Below, piece after piece: positions 13,900-26,900 of a stretch of 64,000 nucleotides of DNA. The notes under the pieces are model-generated. The model saw only the letters and a list, made by a program, of their open reading frames with translations. It was not told where the DNA came from and did not search any database. Numbering within the stretch: position 1 is the stretch's first letter; each line of letters begins with the position of its first letter. The DNA comes from Callorhinchus milii (lineage: Eukaryota). A program made the position numbers and the translations under genes. The stretch lies in the NCBI RefSeq assembly GCF_018977255.1, contig NW_024704743.1, positions 113,338,001 through 113,402,000 on the forward strand. Reading direction: 5' to 3'.

Positions 13900-14830
13900 A
13901 ACGGGCAGCCATGGTGCAATGAGTGAAGTGTTATTATTACCCTCCCACCACTCTTGTTCAACCGCCTGTTTGTCAGCATGATGCTATTGTTTTGGTCAGC
14001 CGGGTGTCTTGACACATGCAAAAACCCATCACCATGCTTAATAGTATCCAAACCAAGCTGCGATTTCCATGCATCCCACCTACACATGGAAATCCCAGAG
14101 ATAGATTATTGGAATGGAATGCGCGCTCTCTCTCTGGAGGAAGGGATCCTGCTTACCTAATTCCAGAAAGTGTTCGGCACAGGTTGGCAAGAGCCAAGGC
14201 TTGGGTATCCCAAAGTGTGTGTTGGAGCACCGTTGGGAGTCTAACCAGCTAAAACCGTATAGCTTGCCATCAATAGCACTGCCCGGCAAGGTTTCCCTCT
14301 GCTTTTCCAGCTAGGACTACCTTCCCCATTAGGTCTTTGGCTTGCAAAGGTAACAGAAGCTGAGTGGGAGGATAATAATAATCCTTGCATTTGATATAGC
14401 ACTTTTCACGTCTTCTAGACATCTCAAAGTGCTTCACAGAATTTACTGTAAAGTGAATTGACTGCATATTATGTGGGCGAAACGCAGCAGCCAATTGCGC
14501 AGTGTCCCATAAACAGTCGTAGATTAAAGTGACTAATTTATTATTGTTTTTATTGCAAGGATACCTTGCCCCCAGTTAATGTGCTGCCCTTCCAGGTCCT
14601 GACGATGACCCGGGTTATGTGTGCTGTCATTAGCAGTGCCCTGGAAATACTGCGAACCCGCCTGGCTCAGGAACCGACCGACCGAGACCACCACAGAGGG
14701 CCAGCTTGATATTCTGGTGCCAAACACGTCACCTTAGAGCCACTTATCGAGCATGTTGCTGCCTTTAAGCTAAATGCCAAGTAATTCCATCCAACCACAT
14801 CATGCTCAACTGTTGAGATCCCTTTTTTTT
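13900..14830 (+). repeat. Second copy of the unclassified repeat, interrupted by a SINE
   Basis: Similarity to 9270-9572; minus-strand SINE at about 14371-14550 flanked by aggata duplicates. Confidence 0.5.
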
Positions 14831-17800
14831 AATCATTCAGTAGTTGGTTCAGTGAGTTCTTCAGCACTCCTGAGGGCAAGATTAATGAGATTTTAATATA
14901 ATAGTTTAAAGTGTAGTAGAAATTGTTTTAAGGGACATCAATTCAAGTTTGACCCACTGCTCTCAAAACCACCTTTAGAAGATGGTTTTCTTCAGAATTC
15001 CATTTCAGATTTATATTGCAACCAATGCCATTCAGGTGCAGTATAAATCCTGTTAAATTGCAACTATTTCTAATAAACTTTGAAACTTCAAAGAATATGA
15101 ATTTTTAAATTCTTAGGCAATCTGTTCATAGGATTCTTTAATTAAATTGAAAATTAACCAGAATTTGCCACCGGTTCGCAGAACTCTGCTGTTTTTCTTA
15201 TTTGTCTATGCACTAAAATCAATTTGTAGTGGACAAGTGTGAATTAGGTTTCTTGCTCCAAATGTTTTTACTACAGGAAGTAATGAGGTTTACTGGCTGC
15301 AGTACTGTATATCAAGATTTACTGATTTCATTTCCAAACCACCTTCAGAACATAGTTTTGAGAGTGAGGTTAAACATCATATTGATGTCCCAAAAAACTG
15401 GAATAACATTGTGCTTAGAGCACAAATTTGACACAAAATTTGGTTGGAATCAATGCTAAAGATTCAATAGAAATGAGTCTTAAAGGTCACATTCTTTGTA
15501 GGACACGTACATATGTCATTTGGATTTTGGGTCTTCTGTTTAGCAAGCAGTTTAGTTATTGTTCAGCATAATAAACAGAACTTTACTCAACCCGGTGGAG
15601 AAGGCCAATGAAGGTGCCAATTTTCCAGATTTGAAATGAACACAGAATAATATGGCAAATCTACAGATTTGGAATCAACTCATTTTATTCAACAATTTAG
15701 CTATTATAAATGCAGAAATGCTACTATTTTGACAGGTGACAGATGTTTCAAATGAGATTAGTTTCTCCCTGTTCTGTCAACATTTAAATTCAATTTGGAA
15801 GCACAACTGCATCAGGATAACACATAATCAAGTTGTATGCCACATAAGGATTTTAACAAGATTTCTGTGATTCTGTGGTGGAAATAGATTACTATGCACC
15901 AGACTAGTGAGGTCATATGCTGCTTGAAGGAAGCCCTTTAGCTCATGAAAAAGCTAAGTGCATTTGTTACTCTTTCTCCTTTGTGACTGACAAGGAACTC
16001 CACAAAAATAGCAATAGCAAGTCTGAAACTATCAGGATCAGAATCTAAAACAGAATTTCCAATTGATTTCAAAATGATTTTACCTGTGATTGTGACACCA
16101 ACATTCAAGACAAAGTTATGAAAAACTACTGTCAAGCTATAAAAGATATTCCAAAATTAAACAGCTGAAGAGCTATTCTTAAATATTATGTTATTTTCCT
16201 GATCTTGTACATTTGAATATAGAGAATTGAATTGACAGAAAATCTAAATTAATCTGTAATTCTGTATGAAGTTCATATTTATTTTGTATGACAAAGACTA
16301 AAACAATTGTTCCATGGGTTATGAAATGAAAGCTCCTTTTTCTATACTTGTGAAAAAACTATATTTCTTATCTGTCTTTATTGGGCAATGAAAAAGTCGT
16401 TCTTGAATGTCCAATAGCAAAATCTAATTTATACTTTTTCTCCAGTTCTCGTACAGATTATGAACTGATCCTTTTACAGAGTGTCATTTGTGTTGAAGTA
16501 CCTACTTGTCCTTAGTTATATCATCAAATGTAATAGACCTCACTTCATAACCATATTTAGAGCTTCATAATATCAATAATATCAGGGCATCTCCCCTTCC
16601 CCCCTTGCTTAGGTCCAATTTTCCACAGTGAACGTTGCAAGATGTTATCCCCAACTGTGTCTCTTGGCTTAAATTTTGTTCGGCCCAGTAATCTGTAATA
16701 AAGCTCTAAAGTTCCACTTGCTAGTGAGAACAAAACCTCACATCTTAAAATACTGTTTTTGTTACATCACTAGTCGCAGGTTTAGGAGATTCTGTGCGAA
16801 AAAGTGGGAGAAACATTGCACTATAGTGGTACTTTATTGAATAGTGATTCAACATTAACCACAAGAAACCCACTGATCTACAGCATATAGTAAGCAGAAC
16901 AAGCAACGTATTACACAGTGTACTCAGCACTTTTCTCTATCATTTTAGAATATTTACAATGTCCAGGTGTATTTTTTATAATGAAAATTAACTTTTTTCT
17001 TAATACAAAACACTATTATTTAAGAAATGTTGCTGGTGCTCATCTTGGGAGCAATACACCTTAATAATATCCATAAATAGAAATGTTTTAAATATTAAAA
17101 AAGAACCGTTGGTTGACCTGACAGAAGTTTTCAACCTTGTGAAAGGTTGATCCAAACAAAGGTTCAGTAAAGTTTCAAACACAAATTAGAAAGTAGGAGT
17201 AAGAAGGTCCATCAGGTGAATTTGTTTTCTACAAAAGGGTAATACATTTTCAAAATGTGCTACCAGAGAAGGCCTTTGAATCAGACAGTGGACCTAAAGT
17301 GCAGTATTTACAATAGAATCTGGAAATATTGAATCTCAATGGTAATTGGATAGGTATCATACCAACAACCGGGAACTTTGCTTTAAATATTATAACTAAG
17401 AGCTGATAAATTAATTACTAAAATCATTTGCTAAGAAATATTCTGTTTGGATCAAAATAATGATTGAGAGGAGGATTTTGATTGAATTTGTTTGAATTAG
17501 CAGTGCATGTATCAAACTGTACTGAATATACGCTAGCATGTTTCAAACCTGCAAAGTATTTAAACAGTTAAAACATTTGTTTCAAAACACTGTATATTTG
17601 TTTAGTCATTTGTTTAGTTTGCTTTGCTGTTATATCATTTTATTTGTAAAAGAAAGATTTCAACAAATGCATTTCAAGGACATAAACATTGCGTTTATGA
17701 AGCTGTCAAAAAAATGAAACTGCCTGGAAAGATATTACTTGTGAAGGAAACCAAAGCTTTGTGCTCTGATTAAAAACATGTGTTCTGCAGTCTGATAAAC

Positions 17801-18399
17801 ATTCAAAGAATATTTTCCATTCCCCCTTATTTATGCAGGACTGGAGTTGAACTGTGTGGGTTCTTATCTGGAATAATTGGAAGTGTGTCTTCAGAGGCAG
17901 AATTTACAGTTAATAATATCAAAATAATAATCCTTGAATTTGGCATAAAGCATTGTACATCAAGCCATCTCAAAGCAATTTACAGGATTTACGCTGAAGT
18001 GAAAAGACTGTTTGTAGGCAAACGTGGCCACTCAATTGTGCACAGCAATATCCCACAAATAGCCACGAAAAAAATGATCAATTTTATCTGAACCCTTGTC
18101 CAATCAATCAGAATCAATTTCCATCAATAATCTTCACTTCAAAACTGACAAAAGTTTTTTATGTTTTCCATCGACTTATGCACCAATCCTTTCTCAGTTC
18201 TGTACCAACTACTAATTTCTTAGCTCTACACCAATTAAAATACTGTATTCCCAAAAATACAAAACCATCAAAACTTTGCAAGAAAATCTGAAGTAACAAT
18301 CTAAAATATTATTCATAATATTATACATTATTGTATTGATATGATGAGCAAGAATAATGATGCTGATGTTATTTACTTAAATTTTCAGGGAGGGTAAAG

Positions 18400-18980
18400 T
18401 TCCACATCAGCACTTTATGGCCAAATTTAAGAAATCACAAAGTAATGGTAAGATATGGTCTGGATAGAAAACTATCTTACAAAAGTCATGATAAATGATA
18501 GGTGTATCTCAGAGTCAGTTTGGACCCTTGTATTTTTTTAATATATAAATCACAACAATTGAATGCGATTGTCCTAAGAAAAATATGCAAGTTTGGGATC
18601 AGTATCACAATAGGATGCAGAGCAAATAATGTGTGAAATTTCAGGAAGATTTTAATCTTTTAGGTGGTTTGGCTTATAGTTGGCACAACTAATTCAACAT
18701 AGATAAATGCAAAATAACCAGGGTAGGTGCAAGGAACCAAAATAAAGAATATGTGTTAAACAGCCACTACAGTGTGCGGATCGGAAACATGATCTTGGTG
18801 TTATTGGAGATAAATTGATAAAACTATCAAACCAGTACTTTATATCTGAATGGGGATTAGCTGTGGGATTAAGAACAAATTAAAAGGTTACATTATTGCT
18901 GGATAAGATATTGGTCAGATGCCATATGGAATACTATGTCGTTTCGGACAACCTCTAGGAACTTTGCTTCATTGTGACCA
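18400..18980 (+). mobile_element. Highly decayed CR1 RT fragment
   Basis: Remnants of the [17 protein letters not shown] and FNxDKCK motifs with many disruptions. Confidence 0.5.
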
Positions 18981-19079
18981 GAGATTACATTGGAGGTGAG
19001 ATTGAGCAGGCCAACATGACAGATCAGTTTACTATACCTCCCTACTTCTCAATCCTGCCCACACCCCACTCCTCAACCT

Positions 19080-19378
19080 GCCCCTTTGCTCAACCAGCTC
19101 GGGCCACCTGCACATCCCTCAAACTCCACTGCTCCAACGTTAGTTGCCATGCTTTCAGTCCCAATGGCCTGACCCACAATGCTAAGCCTCCTTTCTCAAT
19201 TCCTCTGCCTTTCCCCTCTTTGCTGGTCTGCAGAGCCCACCTGATCACTTTCCTCTTCAACCATGCCTGGGGACACCTCCTCTTTCTCCTCTGGCTTGGC
19301 ATCAAACTACACCATTGTTAAGCGTTCTGGGATGCTACATCATGTGAAAAGTCCTATATAAATGTAAGTTATTGTTGT
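19080..19378 (+). mobile_element. L2 3' fragment
   Basis: Decayed L2 C-terminus and tail (agcgttctgggatg...gtgaaaagtcctatataaatgtaagttattgttg). Confidence 0.65.
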
Positions 19379-21173
19379 AAAAATAAGAATTTTACCTGTT
19401 CACCATGGCTAATTCCACTTCATGATCAAATGACAGAGAATGAACCAAAATGCATAAAATTTTAGCACAATAGATATTTGAAGCAATTATAAATCTATGA
19501 TATAATTGAAGGGATTTGATGTCCTGAGATGAAATAACATATATAACTATTAACTGAATCCTGAATTACAGTTACAACTTTGAAATTGCCCCCAAGGTAT
19601 GTTTTGACAGGAGTTTCAGTGTTGAGTACCTTAGTTCACCATCCTTAACTCTTGAAACCCAACTTAACTTATAAGACAAAAGTCTTTTCTTTCCTCTGGT
19701 TGTAAAATTGGACCATCTCAATAAAAGTTCTTACTTCATCAATTTTAGGGGGCAAAATTGTTGATGCATTAGCACAAATTGAAAGTTTACTCAGAGTGGC
19801 AATAAAGGATGGATATTATAGAAAATTGAAATGTTCATAATCATGCCGCAGAGGGTGCTGTTCTGAATTAGGGATGAAACCGCAAATGGGGGAAAATCTA
19901 CTGATTGGTAAAGTTACCAAGCTGGCCAATGTACACTTATAATGGAAGAAATACTATTATGAGTGCATCCTACCAAAGTCATTATCTCTACTGACCACTG
20001 GAAATTTGTACCCATAGTTTGAGTACTGTGAACCCTGCCTAATGCTACAACAAAGTGACAAATAATAGATACTAATATGCTCAGTATACAATTTATAAAA
20101 TATAAATCAGATTTAAAGGCTCGGGATAGTTTATTTTTAAAAAAGAGAAAGTAACAGAAAGGGGAATATTTTCAATTAAGGTACTCTCTCCAAAGTAGGT
20201 AAAACCAGAGAAAAACTATTCCTTGATGGGAGATATTTAAATGCATTTCCCTTTTGTCTGTGGGCATCTCTCACTTTGGGATTCCAGGCACCAGGAAGTT
20301 ACTCAGCTTCTCAGCGAGTTGCAGCAGTTCCATAGGATTTAACACAGATTGTTTTCCTCTCTAGGCCTTGATGCTGATCAAGAGGCACCAGAGCCAAGAA
20401 CTTTTAGCACCAGATGAGTACATGAGAAAATGCTGTGAAACCATCTGTTTGTGACATCACCAAATGTAGATGTGTACGAGACAAGGAAAACAAATCTCTA
20501 TTCACAGCCCACACTCGATTAGATATTATCTAATAGCTTGCACATGAAAGAGCTCACAACGCTATACAAAAATAACTGTCTGCTTCTGATGAAAGGACAT
20601 ACTCAAAATACTACAACAACCATACAATACAATGTACGCTTACAAAACACCTTTCACATCGAATAGTATCCTTCCAAAGCTTTCCAAGAAGTTATTTCAT
20701 CCTCTCTTACAATTGATGTTTGTTGCAAAAATGTTTATGTTTCTTGTTCTGCAAAGTAAATACTGATAACGTAACACTAAAATAACCTCAGAGGAATACT
20801 TGCTGAGATTCAATGTATAATCCAGAACTTTGAAAGTAAAGTGATAACAATAATAACAATCATCCTTACATTTGAAATAGTGCCTTATCATGTTGTTGAG
20901 CTCAATGCGCTTCACAGGAAATATTGTAAAGTGGATTGATTGTGTATTTTGTGGGCGAAACAAAAGATATATTTATTTTTAAAAATTAAATGTCTTCCAA
21001 TGTAAAATTCATTGTCATTTTTAGGCTTTTTCTTAATTACTGTAGAATGTCTATGACCTAGATCTATTCAGAGGTAATTTAGCTACTCAACCTCATAACA
21101 ATAATGAAAATAACAGGAATCTTCTGCAGTCATCTAGTTATAGTCCTTGTCACCCATTTAAACATCAAGGAGT

Positions 21174-21498
21174 GGAGTCCTGTAGCTCAGTGGTTAGAGC
21201 ACTCGCTTTGCAAGCGAGAGACCTGTGTTCAATTCCAGGCAGGGCGAAACCTTGGGCAAGTTTCCTTACTCCACACGCCTAATAATAATCCCTCCAAAAA
21301 CCAAAAACAATAATTAAATTGGTCATTTTCAATCTATGACTGTTTGTGGGACATTGCTGTGCGCAATTGGCTGCCGCGTTCGCCCACAAATATACAGTCA
21401 ACTCACTTTACAGTATATTCTGTGAAGCGCTTTGGGACGTCCTCCCGACGTGAAAAGCGCTATATCAAATGCAAGGATTATTATTATTATATTATTAT
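21174..21498 (+). mobile_element. tRNA-Ala-derived SINE, full length, young
   Basis: Anticodon arm CTCGC-TTTGCAA-GCGAG; tail AGCGCTTTGGGACGTCCTCCCGACGTGAAAAGCGCT followed by (ATT)n. Confidence 0.93.
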
Positions 21499-21649
21499 AA
21501 GGGAAATATGAAAATAAAGGATTTATTACATAATCTTCCAACTCTAACTTTTAATTTTATTGGGGCATTTGGGAATTGTTTCCAATCAACCTAATTGGAA
21601 ATCAAACAATTTGGTGTAATAAATATAAAACGTGGGAATCAGTTTATAC

Positions 21650-22010
21650 TATGTGATTCCGACACTTCAATATGGTGTTGGAGGTGTGCTACATTGTTGG
21701 AGGTGCCATCCCTTTGATAAGAAGTTAAATCAATGTCCATGTCTGGTTGTTCAGGTGGACTTTAAATATCCTGTGGCACTATTCTAAACGAGAAGGGAGT
21801 TTCTCACAGTCTCCTGGTCAGCAATCTCCCAAATAAAATTGGTCATTCACTTCATGGCTTTGTAGGATATTGCTGTGTGCAAATTAGCTGCCATGTTAGG
21901 CTGCAAAATATACAGTACCACAATAGTTCTCAGGAAATCCTGCAAAGTGATTTGAGACGTCCTCTGAATGTGAAAAGTGCTATATCAATTGCAAGAATTA
22001 TTTTATTATT
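21650..22010 (+). mobile_element. Older Deu-domain-type SINE
   Basis: attgttggaggtgccatcc...ttcaggtggac...ggcactatt...gggagtttctc...tgctgtgtgcaaattagctgcc, plus tail. Confidence 0.7.
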
Positions 22011-22653
22011 TAACTATAAGTAACCTAGGTTCACATCTCTGTGGGGATTGATACTGATAACATAAATTCTGTTGAACCTACCAAGGCTTTCATTCCTGCA
22101 TGAGAAACCTGGATATCCTGGAAGAATGAGAAGCATTTTATTGAAATGATGACTGATTACTATAACTGCATTTTGGTAAATTGGTTAGGAGTGGATTAAA
22201 GAGATGCCAACTTGAGGATACGTTGAATAGGAGAATAGAGAGAAGTGAACATTGTAAAATAGTATAGTGCAAGAAAATATTGGGAGAGGAATGGGAGACA
22301 ATCAGGGAAAAATAAAATGAGGACCATAAGTGAGCTTGAATGGGAGAAAAGGGACAAGGTATATGGTACATTTCAGAGGTACAAGTGAGAGATCATGTTG
22401 CAGAGGAAGGGATAAGCAAGTGAAACAGATAGAAAGAAGGATGTTCAGAGCAACCCTATTATAATGCAATCATCTGGGTTCAATCCCTCTGAGGCCATGT
22501 TAAATGAAGTGTGAAAAAATGATTGCTGCCGACTTCATTTTCTGCATATTGTGTGCATGACATTATAATTGGCACTTCCTTCAAGTAGTGTCACCAGTGG
22601 TGCTAGCTGCACGTACCATAGAGGCGAGGCACAGGGAGTGACATAATTAGGCA

Positions 22654-22860
22654 ACAACAACAAATTACATTTGCATAGCGCCTTTCACGTTGGGAGGTTG
22701 TCTCAAGATGCTGGACAGTCAGGGATTTGGACCCGAGCAGGGGGTTGGGATCAGGAGGGGTGGAGGGCAGGGAGGGTAGGAGTAGGAGGGTGACTGAAGG
22801 CACAGTCGAAGAGGAGGGTCTTAGGACGTGACTTGAAGCCACCCAACGACCAAGAAAATG
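22654..22860 (-). mobile_element. L2 3' end fragment
   Basis: (AAC)n tail and reverse-complement stem-loop. Confidence 0.75.
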
Positions 22861-24704
22861 GCAATATTTTAGCACAGGAAGCTAACCACACATCACCAGA
22901 AAATGCATCCTACTTCCGACAACAAATGCTCCTCCACAGGACACTCACTCTAACAATTCACTTAATAACCATTATCAGCAATCAAACAGAAATAGACTTT
23001 ACTATGATGAAAATCATCAGCTTGCAAATAGTAAAAACAAAGTTACATTTTCTGGGCAAATCCATGAATGATATTTGAATGCTGCTGTTCAAAAAAAAAT
23101 TAATGGCAAGTAAAAATGGTTGCAGGGTTTCCTGCGATTCAGCTCTTGTGGGAGAACTTGCTTAGACAAATGCAGTTTCCTCCACAAAAGAAAGAAAATA
23201 CTTTTTTTTAAACTAGCCTTCAAAATAGCCATATCTATATAAATTCGATATCATGGAGCTTATTTCTGTGGGTTTTCTCGAGCAGCAGTGTCTATGCTCA
23301 CCACAATTATTATAGAGCAGTGATGGGAATGGAGGAAGGCGAGAGAGAGAGAGAGAGAGAGAGAGAGGGCGCTTTGCACAAATGAAGACACTGGAGTGAG
23401 AAAGCAAGTTGTGAGAGTGTTAAACATAACACTCCCCCCCCCCCTCTTCTGGGCACTCTGATGCATTTTTTTTAGTTAACCGGAATACAAATCAAGCCAA
23501 CAAGGAGATTTGCCTACAGCAGCAATTGGTTGATACTTCCTATAGATTAAGCATTCTCTTTTACCAAGTCAAAATGCTCCCTGATCTCATATTCAGACAT
23601 AATGCGCGCAGTATGTTGTACAATATAGGGGGAGAAGCAAACAATTCAAAAGTGCCCACTTTAAGGGGCACTTAATAATCACAATTATTACTTTATCTGG
23701 TTTTAGAATGACTATGTAGAGGCGACATTTTGGAAAAACCCCATAGAAAACATGATGTAAACTAATCACTGTAATAATCCAGATTTAGGTTTCTAATATT
23801 GAGAAATATACTTTTAATTGGACATTAAGTTTCTCCAAAGAATTGCATAAACAACTATAATATTATGGTTATTATCATAATATAATGGAACTCGTACTAC
23901 TTGCAATGGCCTGTGCATATCTATGTATTGTGGTTGGGGTAGGAGTCGGGAGCAATGCAGTATTTTCCACCTACCAGTTTACAGTTTAATTTCAGTGAGC
24001 AAAGGCAGTGGAGACAACTGTGGAACCGCATCCAATGAGAAAGAAGTGACATTGAAAGAAGCGACAAACTTCTTTACAAAATTCTGGAGACCAAGAATAA
24101 ATCACACACCGAAAAGCATTGAAAAAGGTAAAGTTCGCAGTGAAGTGAGCAGAAAGTTTGAAAGCTTGGTCTGGTATTTATAAACATTGTAGATTATCAC
24201 TAACAACTGAAATTCCCCAGTAAATGGTTTGTTGCAGTGACTGAACAAAGTTCTGCTTTGGAGCGATGTATTTCGAAACCAATGTATCCTAAGAACAGTA
24301 GTCTTTTTTTTATAATTAACTAAAACAATTCAGTAACGATTTGTGTGTGTGTGTGTGTTGCAAATGTAACATGAAGCTTAATAGTTTCACAGGGAATTCA
24401 AAAGGTTTGTGAAAAAAACACACACACACACACAATCTCTCGACGTCCAGCAATTTAAGATTGTCACTCTGGCTCAGAGGGCTACATCTTCGCCTTTACA
24501 AAATATTCGAAAAGAACACCAAAAAACATGAAAGACTGGAAATAGCACAATTTGAACAGAGTATTTCTAAACCCACAAATCACCATGACAACGGTTTCAG
24601 TGCTTTCCTGACGCTAAGTCGTTCGTTTCCATCGACTGCTCTGTGCTGTGTGTGTTAGTGCACAAATATGACTGGGGATTTATTGCCTGTGTTGTGTTTT
24701 TTTT

Positions 24705-24845
24705 GGGGGGGAGAGGTGGGAGGTGGGGTGATGGTGGTGGGGTGATGGTAGTGGGGTGATGGTGGTGGTGTGGGGGGGGTGATGGTGGTAGTGTGGGGGG
24801 GGATGGTGGTGGGGTGATGGTGATGGTGGTGGTGGGGGGGGGGGG
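24705..24845 (+). repeat. G-rich low-complexity (GGT/GGGGT) tract
   Basis: Directly visible. Confidence 0.9.
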
Positions 24846-25306
24846 TTTGCCCCTTTCTCATTTAATATAAAATAACTGAAATGAGCACAAGCTCTGCAGT
24901 TGTTTCCAAAGAACGAAAAAAAGAAGGGGGAAGAGAGAGAAATCATACACAATTTTTTCTTTGACAACGAATTGGCTCAAGAGAAGGGGAATTAAAATCC
25001 AGGTTTGTCAGTCAAAGGGACATCCAGTATATACACAATATATATTACATATACTATATATAATATACACAATATATATAATATATGTACATAGTATACA
25101 ACGTATATATAATACATCGCTCCAAAGCAGAACTTTGTTCAGTCACTGCAACAAACCATTTACTGGGGAATTTCAGTCGTGAGTGATAATTTATATATAT
25201 ATAATATATATATAAAACATACAATGTATATCTATGTGGAGAGTTGCCTCCTGGCCATGGGTCCTGACTGGTGAGTGCAGGAGGACGGAGCCCATCAGCT
25301 TCTTAC

Positions 25307-25885
25307 CTTTGCAGCCACCGAAGAGCCGGGTTTCTCCAGCAGATCCCACAACTTCTGCCTCTTCTCGGGGCAGCAGGAGTCGTCGAACTCCTCGCCCTCT
25401 CGCTCCTTCATGGTCTCGGCTTCGCGCCTCAGCTCCTCGTTCATCTGCTCCTTCTTCTGGTGGTACCTGGCCTGGCAGCACGACTCCAAGTAGATCTCGT
25501 CCACCCCCCAGTAGTCGAGCTCTTGGCCGAACGACAGGGCGCACATCTCCTCCATCATGTGCAGTTTGCCGGTGCGGTAGAAATTCAGGATGGACGTGAA
25601 AGCCCCCGGGTGGCGGTCGAAGAAGTACTCGTTCTCGGGCAGGTTGTAGTCGTCGCAGACTTCCATCAGCGACTCGTTGGTGTTGCAGTCCCGGAGCTTC
25701 CCCAGGCGGGTCCTGGGCAACCTGTCCAGCGTCCTCCACAGCACCTCATGGTTCAGTCCCCCCACGTTGATCCTCACCCTCCTGGAGCAGGCTTTGCTCC
25801 TGATGATCTCGATGGGCTCGGGAGGCAGGGAGGCTGTGGATCGGGACGCTTTCTTGGCCATTCCCGTCGGGATCTTCTCAGCCAT
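25307..25885 (-). CDS. KCNB2: Voltage-gated potassium channel Kv2.2, first coding exon (N-terminus and T1/BTB domain, 193 codons)
   Basis: Translation MAEK...[34 protein letters not shown]...[42 protein letters not shown]...[15 protein letters not shown] is a Kv2 T1 domain. MAEK start, GLNHEV, TGKLH, SFGQE and RREAETM favour KCNB2 over KCNB1. Kozak context CCAGCCATGG; phase-0 donor AAG|GTAAGA at 25307/25306, after SSVAAK as in vertebrate Kv2 genes. Confidence 0.93.
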
Positions 25886-26900
25886 GGCTGGAGGGGGAGG
25901 AGAGGGGGATGGACCGTACTGGTGACTGTGTGTGTGTATGTGTGTGTGTGTGTGTGTGATTGCACTCTGACTGACTGCAGCAGCAGCTCCAACAGCAATG
26001 GTTTTTTTTTTTTTTGGGGGGTGGGTGGGGGTGGGGGTGGGGGTGGGGGGGGTGGGGGTGGGGGTGTGGGATGATTTGATTTCAAGTATTAAACACGAAA
26101 TGAACCACGAAACGATAACAAACTAAAAAAGGAGCGATGACAGAAACGTCAATCAATCAATCAATCAATCAACCAACCGACCGACCGATCGATCCGTCGA
26201 TCCATCGATCGATCAGCAAAAAGGACACCAAGCAAAAACCCAAAATAAAGATAATAAATTACCAGAGAGAAAAAAAAATCAAATCAAATCAAATCAAATG
26301 CAAAGCCTGGAATTCAGAGAGGAAAAAAAAAAGCGCACAAAATAACACAATAAAATATATATATATATAGAGAGAGAGAGATATCTCTATACGCTCTCTG
26401 TGTACATACATCTCTATGTATATAATACGCTGCTCAGGTCAGATTGTCCCGTCCACAGGAGCTCCTTCCATTGTCGAAGCTAAACCAAGAAAACAATACG
26501 CCAGTGGTCGGGAGTCAGTGCATTAAATCCTCAGTTTCATTCAGCGTTACCCTCAATCTCTCTGTGTGTGTGTGTGTGTGTGTCTGTGTCTCTCTCTCTC
26601 TCTCTCTCTGCCAGCAGCGAGCAGGAGCTGCTGGAGCAGGAGCAGCAGGAACAGGAGCAGCTGGAGGCGAACATCAGGACTAACGCCACCTCCTGACTGA
26701 CGTGACGAGCCGAGCAGCTCCAAGAGGCGACGGGGAGGGGGAGGCGTGGGCACGTCTCCTCCAGTGTAGCCATCAGCCACTCACCCACCCACTCACTCAC
26801 TCACCCTCCCACCACCGCCCAAGGTGCCCAGATTGGGCTGGTTCACGCCCAATTGGGCGTGTTTTGTTGTTGCTGTTGTTGTGGTGGTGGTTGTACACTT
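25886..26900 (-). promoter_or_regulatory. KCNB2 5' UTR and CpG-rich promoter region, with a putative non-coding first exon
   Basis: Local CpG enrichment; CCAAT elements (gattgg 26831, cccaattggg 26848-26857); TGACGTGA CRE-like site at about 26698; candidate donor GAGG|GTAACG at 26551/26550 and candidate acceptor ttttttcctctctgaattccAG|GC at 26307/26306. Confidence 0.55.
25927..26665. repeat. Microsatellite cluster: (GT)n, (GGGGGT)n, (ATCA)/(ACCG)/(ATCG)n, (CAAAT)n, (TA)/(GA)n, (GT)(CT)n, (GCAGGA)n
   Basis: Directly visible. Confidence 0.9.

Larger units (their letters stand above)
1..25306 (-). other. KCNB2: Long intron following the first coding exon of KCNB2 (continues beyond the window)
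   Basis: Begins at the GTAAGA donor; no S1-S6 or pore (GYG) exon was found in 1-25306. Confidence 0.85.

Noticed and set aside
21174..21246. tRNA-Ala genes (also at 1379, 29274, 53581)
   Set aside because: The acceptor stem does not close properly and each continues into a SINE body and tail.
25191..26085. Overlapping ORFs of 121-267 aa around the KCNB2 exon
   Set aside because: Shadow frames of a GC-rich exon and adjacent microsatellites.
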